Below, one piece after another: positions 9,167 through 16,845 of a stretch of DNA of 32,000 nt. The notes beneath the pieces are model-generated. The model did no database searches and was not told the DNA's origin. It worked only from the letters and a program-made list of their open reading frames with translations. The stretch covers positions 510,001 through 542,000 of the forward strand of contig NZ_PQWO01000001.1 of the NCBI RefSeq assembly GCF_003231495.1, written 5' to 3'. The first letter of the stretch is position 1, and each line of letters starts with the position of its first letter. The position numbers were made by a program, and so were the translations under genes. This stretch comes from Acaryochloris thomasi RCC1774. Its GTDB lineage: Bacteria; Cyanobacteriota; Cyanobacteriia; Thermosynechococcales; Thermosynechococcaceae.

Positions 9167-9466
9167 TTGGCCAAGTTTATTTTAAAGGCACTGTGGCTCG
9201 ACGATAACGTTGCCCTCGCCGTGGATCAAGTTGTAGGCAACGGCAGCAGCCCCTTGACCTCTTATTTTTTCTGGCCTCGTGCTGATGCTTGGGAAGAGCT
9301 GAAGACAGAAATGGAAAAAAAGAGCTGGATCAACGAAGTCGATAGAGTCGAACTGTTGAACCAAGCGACAGAAGTGATTAACTACTGGCAAGAAGAAGGC
9401 CGCCGCCGTCCGCTGGAAGAAGCTCAGGGTAGGTTCCCTGACGTTATGTTCACCGGTACAACCTAA
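9167..9466 (+). CDS. ycf65: 30S ribosomal protein PSRP-3 (Ycf65)
   Basis: [43 protein letters not shown] and [10 protein letters not shown] match the PSRP-3/Ycf65 family from memory. TTG start, preceded by GGAGG. Confidence 0.8.
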   Translation: MAKFILKALWLDDNVALAVDQVVGNGSSPLTSYFFWPRADAWEELKTEMEKKSWINEVDRVELLNQATEVINYWQEEGRRRPLEEAQGRFPDVMFTGTT

Positions 9467-9564
9467 GGGTTGAGAGTCTTAACCTAGGTCACTAGATAAA
9501 GTAGAAGACTTGACGTCGGTTTGTGAGACAGGGTTCTGAGAACAAATGGGACCGTTAACAGCGC

Positions 9565-9598
9565 AAAATGGGGAGCACAGCCTTGTACTCCCCATTTT
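9565..9598. terminator. Bidirectional hairpin terminator between convergent ycf65 and rpmF
   Basis: AAAATGGGGAG (9565-9575) pairs perfectly with CTCCCCATTTT (9588-9598). The A/T runs on both sides give U-tracts on either strand. Confidence 0.6.
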
Positions 9599-9624
9599 GA
9601 TGAATTCGAGCGTGAGACGCTAAT

Positions 9625-9801
9625 TTACTTTTCGTCGTCTTCGTCTTCCTTAACAGGGTAGTAGAACCCTTTCGCACGTCCGCTTAGGATCGATTTCCCG
9701 GTGGACATGGCTCGCTGAGCGGCAAGATTAGCCTTACGATTCCAGTGAGCTCTGCGGGAGTTGCGCTTGGAGTTAGAAGTCTTCTTCTTGGGGACGGCCA
9801 T
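9625..9801 (-). CDS. rpmF: 50S ribosomal protein L32
   Basis: Hand translation of the minus strand gives [58 protein letters not shown] (58 aa, 177 nt). The N-terminus is the classic L32 MAVPKKKTS...RRAHW. It is absent from the ORF track (shorter than any listed ORF). Confidence 0.9.
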   Translation of the reverse strand: MAVPKKKTSNSKRNSRRAHWNRKANLAAQRAMSTGKSILSGRAKGFYYPVKEDEDDEK

Positions 9802-9887
9802 GAATCTATACGTACATTGATTAATAAGTTCACTATTGTAGCATTGCTGAAGAGTGCTGCTTGAAGCATTTGATGTGCAAGTGTTCT

Positions 9888-10313
9888 TTATCCCTGAGCC
9901 TTTAAGATTGCCAGATCTTGTTTAAGGCGCTCAATACCAGCCTGAGTTTTGTGCTGTTCGTATGCATCACTGGCTTTTAATAAGCTGCGGACGGCTTTGT
10001 CGTTGTCCCCAACGTTTGCGTATGCTAGGCCGATATTGTGCCAAGCTTCAGCACAGCTTGGTTCTTGCTCTACCACTGGCATCATTTGCGAGATCGCGTC
10101 TTGGTAGTTACCCGTTTTGTATGTAGCCACCGAACTTACGAAGTCTGCCATCACGGCGTCTGATATGGAGATAGCAGGCAAATCGATGACGGTATCAGGA
10201 AAAGGTAGTACCGCAATCGGTGTGCGAAAGGCTCTTACCATGGAGACAATGGCGAACCCCGCGATGCCGAACACGACGACAGCCCAGATTAAAAAATTAG
10301 GAGTTTCCATATT
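9888..10313 (-). CDS. Membrane-anchored TPR-repeat protein
   Basis: One TM helix ([20 protein letters not shown]), then TPR-like [24 protein letters not shown]. The METPNF start is preferred over the upstream M at 10364. Confidence 0.55.
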   Translation of the reverse strand, partial: NMETPNFLIWAVVVFGIAGFAIVSMVRAFRTPIAVLPFPDTVIDLPAISISDAVMADFVSSVATYKTGNYQDAISQMMPVVEQEPSCAEAWHNIGLAYANVGDNDKAVRSLLKASDAYEQHKTQAGIERLKQDLAILKAQG

Positions 10314-10544
10314 TGTAGATAGCCGTAAGTAATAGAAGAGACGTGGAGATGACAGGAAAAGCATTAAACGGCTCAGTGTAGCCTATCAGTCGTTAGATGG
10401 GGCTAGGGGGGGGCTTGAGTGCTAAGCAAGATTATCGATCGTTTCTCACGTCACTACAGCCCCACAATGGATCGAAATATTGCAATATGCCCGGAATTAA
10501 ATGAGTCCTCTTAAAGTTGTCGATATCATCTGCAAACACTTCGC

Positions 10545-12071
10545 ATGTTTAAGTCGTTTTATATCAAGCCTCATGAACGGGGAATGCTCTTTTATCGCAG
10601 CAACTTTCAGCAAGTGCTGCAGCCTGGAATCCACCGCCGCATAGGGTGGCATTGGAATGTGAGAACGTTTGACCTCAACCAGCCAGAGGCTCAGCTTGAA
10701 AATCTTGAGCTGCTGCTGCAGTCTCACGCCGATCAGCTCAATGAGCATTTCACGGTGGTTCGTACGACCTTTAGCAGCGCGGCGCTAGTGCGTCTGGGAC
10801 AGCGATGGTGTACGGTGGGGCCGGATCAGTTGCGGGTGTTTTGGCGCGGTTTTATTGAGGTTGAGGTCCACTTTTTCAATTTGGATGAGGATTTCGAGCT
10901 ACCAACGGCTTTTGTGCAGCAGCTACGGGAGCAAGTGCTGCCGGGGCTGACGCTTGTTCAGATCTCTGAATCACAGGTGGGAATGCTCTATGAGCGGGAT
11001 AACTTTGTGCGCCCGCTGGAGTCGGGGGAGTATGGGTTTTGGACATTCAATCGTAAGGTTCAGATTCCTGTTTTTGACTGCACACACCCTGCCCCCAGTT
11101 TCCCCAATGAAGAGGTGCTCTTTGAGCAGCATCCCGAATTTGTGGCGACCTACTGTGAGGCGGTGCAGTTAGGGGGACAAGAGGTTGCGATCGCACGTCA
11201 CAAGAACAAGGTCATCGCCGTCCTGCCACCCTGCAGCCGCAAGCTGTTCTGGAAAGGGGTCACGGTCGAGGTGATCGATATTAGTTCTAACGCCAAGCTC
11301 CCGGCAGCACTGGTGGCTGAGTTGATTTCGGGTCTACCTGAGGTCTTAGATCTCGCTTACGGATCGCTGCATGTCTTGGAGGTGCCGTCCCAGCATTTAG
11401 GTCTGCTCTACAACGAAGGTGCTTTTCAAGAACCCCTGGCACCGGGCTATCACGGCTGGTGGATCTATGGGCGATCGCTGACCACTGAAGTCATTGATTT
11501 GCGGCTACAGACTCTGGAGGTCTCCGGCCAGGAAATTCTCTCGAAAGATAAGGTACCGCTGCGCCTAAACTTAACGGCGGGCTATCGGATCGAAGATCCG
11601 GTGAAGGCGAAAACGGGGCTGGCGGATATTGAAGGGTTTGTCTATAAGGAACTCCAGTTTGCGCTGCGGGGAGCGGTGGGCACGAAAACGCTGGATGCCC
11701 TATTAGAAGATAAGGGGGCTATCGATAATTCAGTGGCCGAACACATGCTGCCCAAGGTGGAAGAGTATGGCATTAATCTAGAGTCGGTGGGCGTCAAGGA
11801 TATTATCTTGCCGGGTGAGATCAAGGCGATTTTGTGTCAGGTGGTGGAAGCGGAGAAATCAGCGCAGGCCAATGTGATTCGACGGCGGGAAGAAACGGCG
11901 GCGACCCGCAGCATGCTGAATACGGCGAAGGTGATGGAGAACAATCCGGTGGCTTTGCGGTTAAAGGAGCTGGAGTTGCTGGAGCGGATCGCGGACAAGA
12001 TCGAGAAGATTAACGTTAACGGCAGTTTGGACAGTATTCTCACAGATATTATCCAAATTGAGCGTCAGTAG
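10545..12071 (+). CDS. SPFH/band-7 (stomatin/prohibitin-like) protein with duplicated N-terminal modules
   Basis: The C-terminal half shows SPFH features: ILSKDKVPLRLNLTAGYRIEDPVKA, VKDIILPGEI, and a coiled coil EAEKSAQANVIRRREE. The N-terminal 265 aa contain two related modules of about 130 aa. Confidence 0.75.
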   Translation: MFKSFYIKPHERGMLFYRSNFQQVLQPGIHRRIGWHWNVRTFDLNQPEAQLENLELLLQSHADQLNEHFTVVRTTFSSAALVRLGQRWCTVGPDQLRVFWRGFIEVEVHFFNLDEDFELPTAFVQQLREQVLPGLTLVQISESQVGMLYERDNFVRPLESGEYGFWTFNRKVQIPVFDCTHPAPSFPNEEVLFEQHPEFVATYCEAVQLGGQEVAIARHKNKVIAVLPPCSRKLFWKGVTVEVIDISSNAKLPAALVAELISGLPEVLDLAYGSLHVLEVPSQHLGLLYNEGAFQEPLAPGYHGWWIYGRSLTTEVIDLRLQTLEVSGQEILSKDKVPLRLNLTAGYRIEDPVKAKTGLADIEGFVYKELQFALRGAVGTKTLDALLEDKGAIDNSVAEHMLPKVEEYGINLESVGVKDIILPGEIKAILCQVVEAEKSAQANVIRRREETAATRSMLNTAKVMENNPVALRLKELELLERIADKIEKINVNGSLDSILTDIIQIERQ

Positions 12072-12120
12072 TGTTTAGCGATTCGTTCCGTCCGAAGGTT
12101 TCTTGGAAATTATGATAGCT

Positions 12121-12160
12121 CTGCATTGGCCCCCCCGGCCCCCAAATTCTGGGGGGAGAG
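12121..12160 (+). repeat. GC-rich palindromic repeat, copy A
   Basis: CTGCATTGGCCCCCCCGGCCCCCAAATTCTGGGGGGAGAG. It is related to copies at 13321-13358 (same orientation) and 13504-13540 (inverted). Confidence 0.65.
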
Positions 12161-12266
12161 ATATACCTGTGACGTTCAAACCGGTAAGTTCTGCATTGTT
12201 GAGGTCTTGCCGATGTTCATGGAACTCCTTTAGAGTTCTGTCGTTGCAGCCTTCAGGTGTTGGGGG

Positions 12267-13025
12267 ATGAGTCAGAGTGCAAACATCTCGCCTATTCATC
12301 TTTGGTGTTTGCACGGTAATTTACAGCAGCCTAGCGTTTGGGAAACGGCTCTGAGAGATCTTTGGCGAGACCCAGCGATCAGGGTTATTCCGGTGGATTT
12401 GTGGTCAACGACGGCTCAGGATTTTTGGGGTTGGGCAGAGCAGTTCTGTGAACGGGTGGTGGCTGAGGGAGCCAGTCGCAATGTAGTGTTGGGCTACTCT
12501 TTGGGTGGACGGTTGGCCCTCCATGCAGTGCTGCAAAATCCGGGGTTGTGGAAGGGTGCGATCGCAACCAGCACATCCCCTGGTCTCTCTAGTTTTAAGG
12601 ACCGTCAGGCCTGTCTTCAGCGCGATCGAATCTGGGGCCAACGCTTTAGAACAGAACCGTGGCAAGCGCTCCTAAATGAGTGGGATAACCTACCCGTTTT
12701 TAATGGCATTCCCTGCAACATTGAGCGAAAGGAAAGTCAGTTTTCTCGACAGCGGATTGCGCGACTGTTCGATATTTTTTCCCAGGGCCGTCAAGAGGAT
12801 TTGCTACTTCGATTAAAAGCGCTGGAGAACCCGCCAATCTTGTATATTTCTGGGGAGCTTGATCGAAAATACTGCGCGATGGGTCGTCGTTTGGCTGAGG
12901 CGTGTCGTGGGGTGGAGTGGGTTGCGATCGCAAATGCAGGCCATCGAGTCCCGTGGGAGAACACGCCTGTATTTACGCAGGTGGTTGAACAGTGGTTGCG
13001 TCAGCTCCCAGATCAAACAAATTGA
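12267..13025 (+). CDS. Alpha/beta-fold hydrolase (MenH-like)
   Basis: Nucleophile elbow GYSLGG, a C-terminal catalytic His context NAGHRVPWENTPVF, and a length of 252 aa. The MenH assignment is tentative. Confidence 0.55.
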   Translation: MSQSANISPIHLWCLHGNLQQPSVWETALRDLWRDPAIRVIPVDLWSTTAQDFWGWAEQFCERVVAEGASRNVVLGYSLGGRLALHAVLQNPGLWKGAIATSTSPGLSSFKDRQACLQRDRIWGQRFRTEPWQALLNEWDNLPVFNGIPCNIERKESQFSRQRIARLFDIFSQGRQEDLLLRLKALENPPILYISGELDRKYCAMGRRLAEACRGVEWVAIANAGHRVPWENTPVFTQVVEQWLRQLPDQTN

Positions 13026-13030
13026 GTTGT

Positions 13031-13162
13031 TTAGAGCGAACCTGGGTCAACACCCAGCTTTCGCAAATGCTCCGCTAATTGTTCTGCCCTTTCGTGTTCT
13101 TGGTCTGCTCGTTGATGCTCTTGGTCTAGCTGTTGGGTTAACTCAACTGGTATCGTAGGGGG
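13031..13162 (-). pseudogene. Possible C-terminal relic of a Uma2/DUF820-type endonuclease gene
   Basis: The minus-strand tail QQLDQEHQRADQEHERAEQLAEHLRKLGVDP resembles the characteristic C-terminal tails of cyanobacterial Uma2-family proteins. Upstream sequence of the 104-aa ORF runs through repeat copy B and looks non-coding. Confidence 0.3.
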
Positions 13163-13320
13163 AGTGGGTTGCGATCGCACAGAGAAGATGAGCCTGCTTT
13201 TGTTTAGGTGGTCAGCCGTTTGTTTGGTCAGTTTTGAATGCTTATTAATGGAGCACTGTAAATAGACAAGTCTTGTTGGCAAACGCACACTTGCTCGTAT
13301 CGTGAGATTTAGCAACACGA

Positions 13321-13358
13321 CTGCATTCGCCCCCCGGCCCCCCAATTCTGGGGGGAGA
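13321..13358 (+). repeat. GC-rich palindromic repeat, copy B
   Basis: CTGCATTCGCCCCCCGGCCCCCCAATTCTGGGGGGAGA. It forms an inverted pair with copy C, 145 bp away. Confidence 0.65.
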
Positions 13359-13503
13359 ACAGCTTTATCTTGTTATCTCTTTGCGTTCAATTGTGGCTGT
13401 GAATCAGCTTATTGTTAACCCATTTGATTTCAATAGTTGTCTACTCAAGTGGTGGTGAGAGCAACTCTCTAAATATTGGTACCACAATGAAAACTCTCAA
13501 AAC

Positions 13504-13540
13504 TCTCCCCCCAGAATTGGGGGACTGGGGGGCAGTGCAA
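13504..13540 (-). repeat. GC-rich palindromic repeat, copy C (inverted)
   Basis: TCTCCCCCCAGAATTGGGGGACTGGGGGGCAGTGCAA, about 80 percent identical to the reverse complement of copy B by eye. Confidence 0.6.
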
Positions 13541-13689
13541 GACGCTAATTGAAAGAAGGCAGCTTGAAATCATAGCGGTATACGCAAAAAGTCTTGTGTA
13601 TACGTTTGCCATGCAGGCATTGCAGGGCTAATGATGATTTTCTAGCAACCCAACAGCTTATTTGGGGTGTGTATAGTCACCTGCGACAA

Positions 13690-14075
13690 AATGAGTACGG
13701 TGAAAACACGTATAAATTAGTGTTTGTTTTATTTTGAAAATGGTTGATTTCCCTGATAGCTAACGATTTTGGCTGGGCATACTTGGATACAGAGAGCCAA
13801 TCATCTGCAGTATTTAAGGGGTTCAAAAAAGATAGAGCGTTCACAACAAAGGCTTTTATCTCTGGGCTGAAAAATAATTTTATTTTTCTGTCACCCAGTC
13901 AACACTCAATCTGTCTTTCTTGCCACTTGTATTGATGAAGTGACTGTTTTACAGCGGAGCTTGTTTCTAGGCCGCTGCGGTTTACTGCTGCTCTAACTTC
14001 AGTTGTGGTTCTTTCTACAAGGAGAAGCACTCTGACATTTGTGGGATCTGTCTCAAGCGGGGGAGTCCCAGTAGT
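13690..14075 (+). pseudogene. Relic of a third copy of the TIGR03032/GNAT/TPR/GT41 gene
   Basis: Only the upstream region, the start-codon region and the last roughly 100 nt survive. The upstream block ATTTTGGCTGGGCATACT (13766-13783) and the start region TTCTTGCCACTTG...ATTGATGAAGTGACTG align to 16701-16860 and 21270-21380. From about 13951 the sequence aligns to the 3' end of the gene (22178-22305 and 20412-20536). Confidence 0.55.
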
Positions 14076-14079
14076 TTTA

Positions 14080-14103
14080 CCTTGACCTCAGCGCGGGTGA
14101 AGG
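14080..14103 (+). promoter_or_regulatory. Hairpin in the conserved spacer upstream of the RTX gene (cassette 1 copy)
   Basis: CCTTGACC (14080-14087) and GGTGAAGG (14096-14103) pair with one mismatch. The homologous perfect hairpin lies at 22311-22334. Confidence 0.35.
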
Positions 14104-14146
14104 AATCCAATCTGTCTGTTGTTATTTAATTTAGTTGAGACGATTT

Positions 14147-16564
14147 ATGCCCTCTTTTAACGAGCAAACTGGCACCAATAATCCCTTTGACGGCATTGAT
14201 GCGGGGATTGAGGGTGATCCTACTTTGGTAGACGTAGATGGCGACGGCGACTTTGATCTGGTAGCGGGGGATAGCGACGGTGCGCTCAGATACTTTGAAA
14301 ATACAGGCGGTGCCACCACCCCTAGCTATAGCGAACAAACCGGCACCAACAATCCTTTTAACGGGATTGATGTGGGAGACGATAGCTCTCCTGCTTTTGC
14401 TGATATTGATGGCGACAGCGACCTTGATCTACTAGTTGGAGGAAATAATGGTGGCGTTCAACTAGAGTATTTTGAGAATATAGGTAGTGCCACTAACCCT
14501 AGCTTCAGCGCACAGACCGGCACCAATAACCCCTTGGGCAGGCTTTCTGTGGGATATGACAACTCACCTACCTTTGCTGATATCGATGGCGATGGCGACT
14601 TTGATCTAGTGGTGGGAGATGATACCAATCAGCTCAGTTACTTTGAGAATACAGGTAGTGCCACCAGCCCAAGTTTCAGCCAGATCACCGGTACTAATAA
14701 CCCATTTGAAGGTATTGGCCAGGGAATTAACAGCTCCCCCACATTGGTCGATGTGGATGGAGATGGCGACCTTGACCTAGTGGTGGGCAATGGTAACTAT
14801 ACACTCAGTTACTTTGAGAATATAGGTAGTGCCACTAACCCTAGCTTCAGCGCACAGACCGGCACCAATAACCCCTTTGACGGGCTTAACTTCGGAAGTG
14901 CTTTTGGCTCCGTTACACCTACTTTTGCCGATGTCGATGGTGATGGCAACCTCGATCTAGTCTCTGGCACAGGGCAATTAAGCTTCTTCGTCAGCAATGA
15001 ACCAGCGATCATTACTGGCGATATTTCAGGTGCAGTTACTGAAGACACTACCACTACAACTGCCACTGGCACACTAAACGCAACCGATGTTGACTCCAGC
15101 GCTGACTTCACTGTGCAAACTGATACTGCTGGTACATACGGCACCTTCTCTATCGATGCAGCTGGAGTCTGGACTTACACGCTCGACAACGCTGATGCTG
15201 ATACCGATGCTCTAGAAGCAGATGAAATGATCACGGATGTCTTCACTGTCGCCACAGCTGATGGCACAACTCAAGAGGTCACCGTCACTGTCACAGGTGC
15301 TAATGATGCAGCTATCATCGCCGGCACAACAACAGGTGCAGTCACTGAAGATGACGCTATTACGACTGCGATGGGTAGCCTAATGGCCACCGATGTCGAT
15401 TCCAGCACTGACTTCGCAGTGCAAACCGATGCAGCGGGCACCTACGGCACATTCTCCATTGACGCATCCGGCAACTGGACCTACACCCTCGATAACAGTG
15501 ATGCTGATACAGAAGCTTTGGGTTCTAGTGACACTGTTACAGATGTGATCACCGTTGCTACTGCCGATGGCACGACTCAAGATATCACCATCACCATCGA
15601 TGGCAATAGTGATACCGTTCAAATCGGTACTCCTGGCCCCGATCTAATTGTGGGAACCCCCCTCGACGATACTCTAGAAGGCTTAGATGGCAACGATCGC
15701 ATCCGTGGCCTTAACGGCAACGACCTCATCTTGGGCGGCAACCACAGTGACACCCTCTTTGGCGACGGCGGCAACGATTCCCTCTTCGGCGGCAACGGCA
15801 TCGACCGACTGTTTGGCGGCAACGGCAACGATTCCCTCAACGGTGGCAACAACAACGACACCCTCTCAGGCCAAGGTGGCGACGATACGCTCTTGGGCGG
15901 CAGCGGCAACGATATTCTCATCGGTGCTGCAGGCAATGACCTCCTGCAAGGCGGACTCGATAACGATCGCCTCGTCGGTGGCAGCAATGACGACAGGCTG
16001 TTTGGCCAAGCAGGTAACGATACTCTGATCGGAGCTAGCGGCCTCGATTCTCTGGTCGGCTCCGCAGGCAATGACCTTCTACAAGGGGGCACTGGCAATG
16101 ATTCCCTCAACGGCGGCAACGACAACGATGTGCTCGAAGGTCAAGGTGGCTTCGATATCTTAATCGGTGCCAGCGGCGACGACCTGCTCGTAGGTGGTTC
16201 TAACGATGACACACTCACAGGCGGCACTGGGTCTGATACATTCCGATTTGACGTTGGCTTCAACAGCCTCGGCCTTGATACGATTACAGACTTCGCTAGC
16301 AATGATGTACTGGAGTTAAGCCAGTCTGTCTTTGGGCTGATGGGTGCCATCGGTGGCGTCATCGATGTGAGTGACTTTGCAAGCGTTAGCTCTTTTGCTG
16401 AGGCCGAAAGCAGTGGCGCAGCGATTGCTTACAACAGTAATGACGGTAGCCTCTATTTCGATGCCAACGGCGCTGCAGCCGGATTTGGCAACGGCGGCGG
16501 TCAGTTCGCTCAGCTAGAGAACGCCTTCGACCTCCAAGCCAACCAGATTGAATTGATTGCCTAA
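14147..16564 (+). CDS. FG-GAP-repeat / VCBS-type / RTX (hemolysin-type Ca-binding) repeat protein, likely T1SS substrate
   Basis: Five blades of the form FENTGSATxPSF..QTGTNNPF..(x)PtfADIDGDGDLDLVVG (DxDxDG calcium loops). Two 101-aa VCBS-like units follow (TEDxxxTxxGxLxATDVDS...TYGTFSIDAxGxWTYTLDN). Next come about 20 GGxGNDxL nonapeptides and a C-terminal DTITDF...YNSNDGSLYFDANG domain. There is no N-terminal signal peptide. The ATG at 14147 is preferred over the TTG at 14135. Confidence 0.85.
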   Translation: MPSFNEQTGTNNPFDGIDAGIEGDPTLVDVDGDGDFDLVAGDSDGALRYFENTGGATTPSYSEQTGTNNPFNGIDVGDDSSPAFADIDGDSDLDLLVGGNNGGVQLEYFENIGSATNPSFSAQTGTNNPLGRLSVGYDNSPTFADIDGDGDFDLVVGDDTNQLSYFENTGSATSPSFSQITGTNNPFEGIGQGINSSPTLVDVDGDGDLDLVVGNGNYTLSYFENIGSATNPSFSAQTGTNNPFDGLNFGSAFGSVTPTFADVDGDGNLDLVSGTGQLSFFVSNEPAIITGDISGAVTEDTTTTTATGTLNATDVDSSADFTVQTDTAGTYGTFSIDAAGVWTYTLDNADADTDALEADEMITDVFTVATADGTTQEVTVTVTGANDAAIIAGTTTGAVTEDDAITTAMGSLMATDVDSSTDFAVQTDAAGTYGTFSIDASGNWTYTLDNSDADTEALGSSDTVTDVITVATADGTTQDITITIDGNSDTVQIGTPGPDLIVGTPLDDTLEGLDGNDRIRGLNGNDLILGGNHSDTLFGDGGNDSLFGGNGIDRLFGGNGNDSLNGGNNNDTLSGQGGDDTLLGGSGNDILIGAAGNDLLQGGLDNDRLVGGSNDDRLFGQAGNDTLIGASGLDSLVGSAGNDLLQGGTGNDSLNGGNDNDVLEGQGGFDILIGASGDDLLVGGSNDDTLTGGTGSDTFRFDVGFNSLGLDTITDFASNDVLELSQSVFGLMGAIGGVIDVSDFASVSSFAEAESSGAAIAYNSNDGSLYFDANGAAAGFGNGGGQFAQLENAFDLQANQIELIA
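15010..15615 (+). repeat. Tandem 303-bp (101-aa) VCBS-like coding repeat, two units
   Basis: Unit A starts at ATCATTACTGGCGAT (15010) and unit B at ATCATCGCCGGCACA (15313). The protein units align along their whole length. The block is absent from the paralogue at 22377-24170. Confidence 0.8.
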
Positions 16565-16600
16565 ACTACTGGTAACAAGTCAACTGAATAGATAAGCAAA

Positions 16601-16632
16601 AGCCAGCCGATCATGATCGGCTGGCTTTTTTG
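16601..16632 (+). terminator. Rho-independent terminator of RTX gene 1
   Basis: AGCCAGCCGATC (16601-16612) pairs with GATCGGCTGGCT (16615-16626), followed by TTTTTT. Confidence 0.8.
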
Positions 16633-16845
16633 CCTGACAAGTATCGGCTCATCTGATCCGGTAAAACCAACCGCACGATTGCGATATGGCGTAGATTTAT
16701 ATTTTGACTGGGCACACTGAAAGCAAAAGAGTGAGCGCATTTTATAGAAAAGTTTGAGGCTAGCGTTCCCCTCTCATGATCAGGACATGGCTGCTTTCTA
16801 TAACCTTTGACCCGCAATGACTTTATTGTTACCCCAGATTGATAC

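Noticed and set aside
9684-9869. 61-aa minus-strand ORF from the track
   Set aside because: It overlaps the clearly recognisable rpmF (9625-9801) in a different frame and has no motifs or start context. It is a spurious ORF.
12075-12314. 79-aa minus-strand ORF
   Set aside because: It is driven by the GC-rich palindromic repeat (PPEFGGRGGQ) and overlaps the start of the MenH-like gene. No supporting features.
12914-13179. 19-bp exact direct repeat GGAGTGGGTTGCGATCGCA (12914-12932 and 13161-13179) as a possible recombination scar or attachment site
   Set aside because: Eleven of the 19 bp are the extended HIP1 consensus GTTGCGATCGC, which recurs throughout the window. The remaining 8 bp are too little to argue for a specific site. 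I am keeping it only as a note.
13744-13935. 63-aa plus-strand ORF upstream of RTX gene 1
   Set aside because: It lies in sequence homologous to the non-coding upstream regions of the enzyme gene copies (16650-16845, 21190-21365), which have no equivalent ORF.
15619-16125. 168-aa minus-strand ORF (PPLRESLP... repeats), plus similar antisense or off-frame ORFs inside the RTX genes
   Set aside because: The related ORFs are 14809-15144, 15380-15622, 15687-16028, 16141-16362, 23069-23470, 23292-23504, 23446-23715, 23688-24311 and 23750-24034. All are shadow ORFs produced by the periodic GGxGNDxL coding repeats on the + strand. Their repetitiveness mirrors the sense-strand repeat.
14147-16250. 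Periodic repeats that might be mistaken for a CRISPR array or satellite
   Set aside because: The repeats are in-frame protein repeats (FG-GAP blades, VCBS units, RTX nonapeptides) within a single long ORF. There is no repeat-spacer architecture and there are no cas genes.
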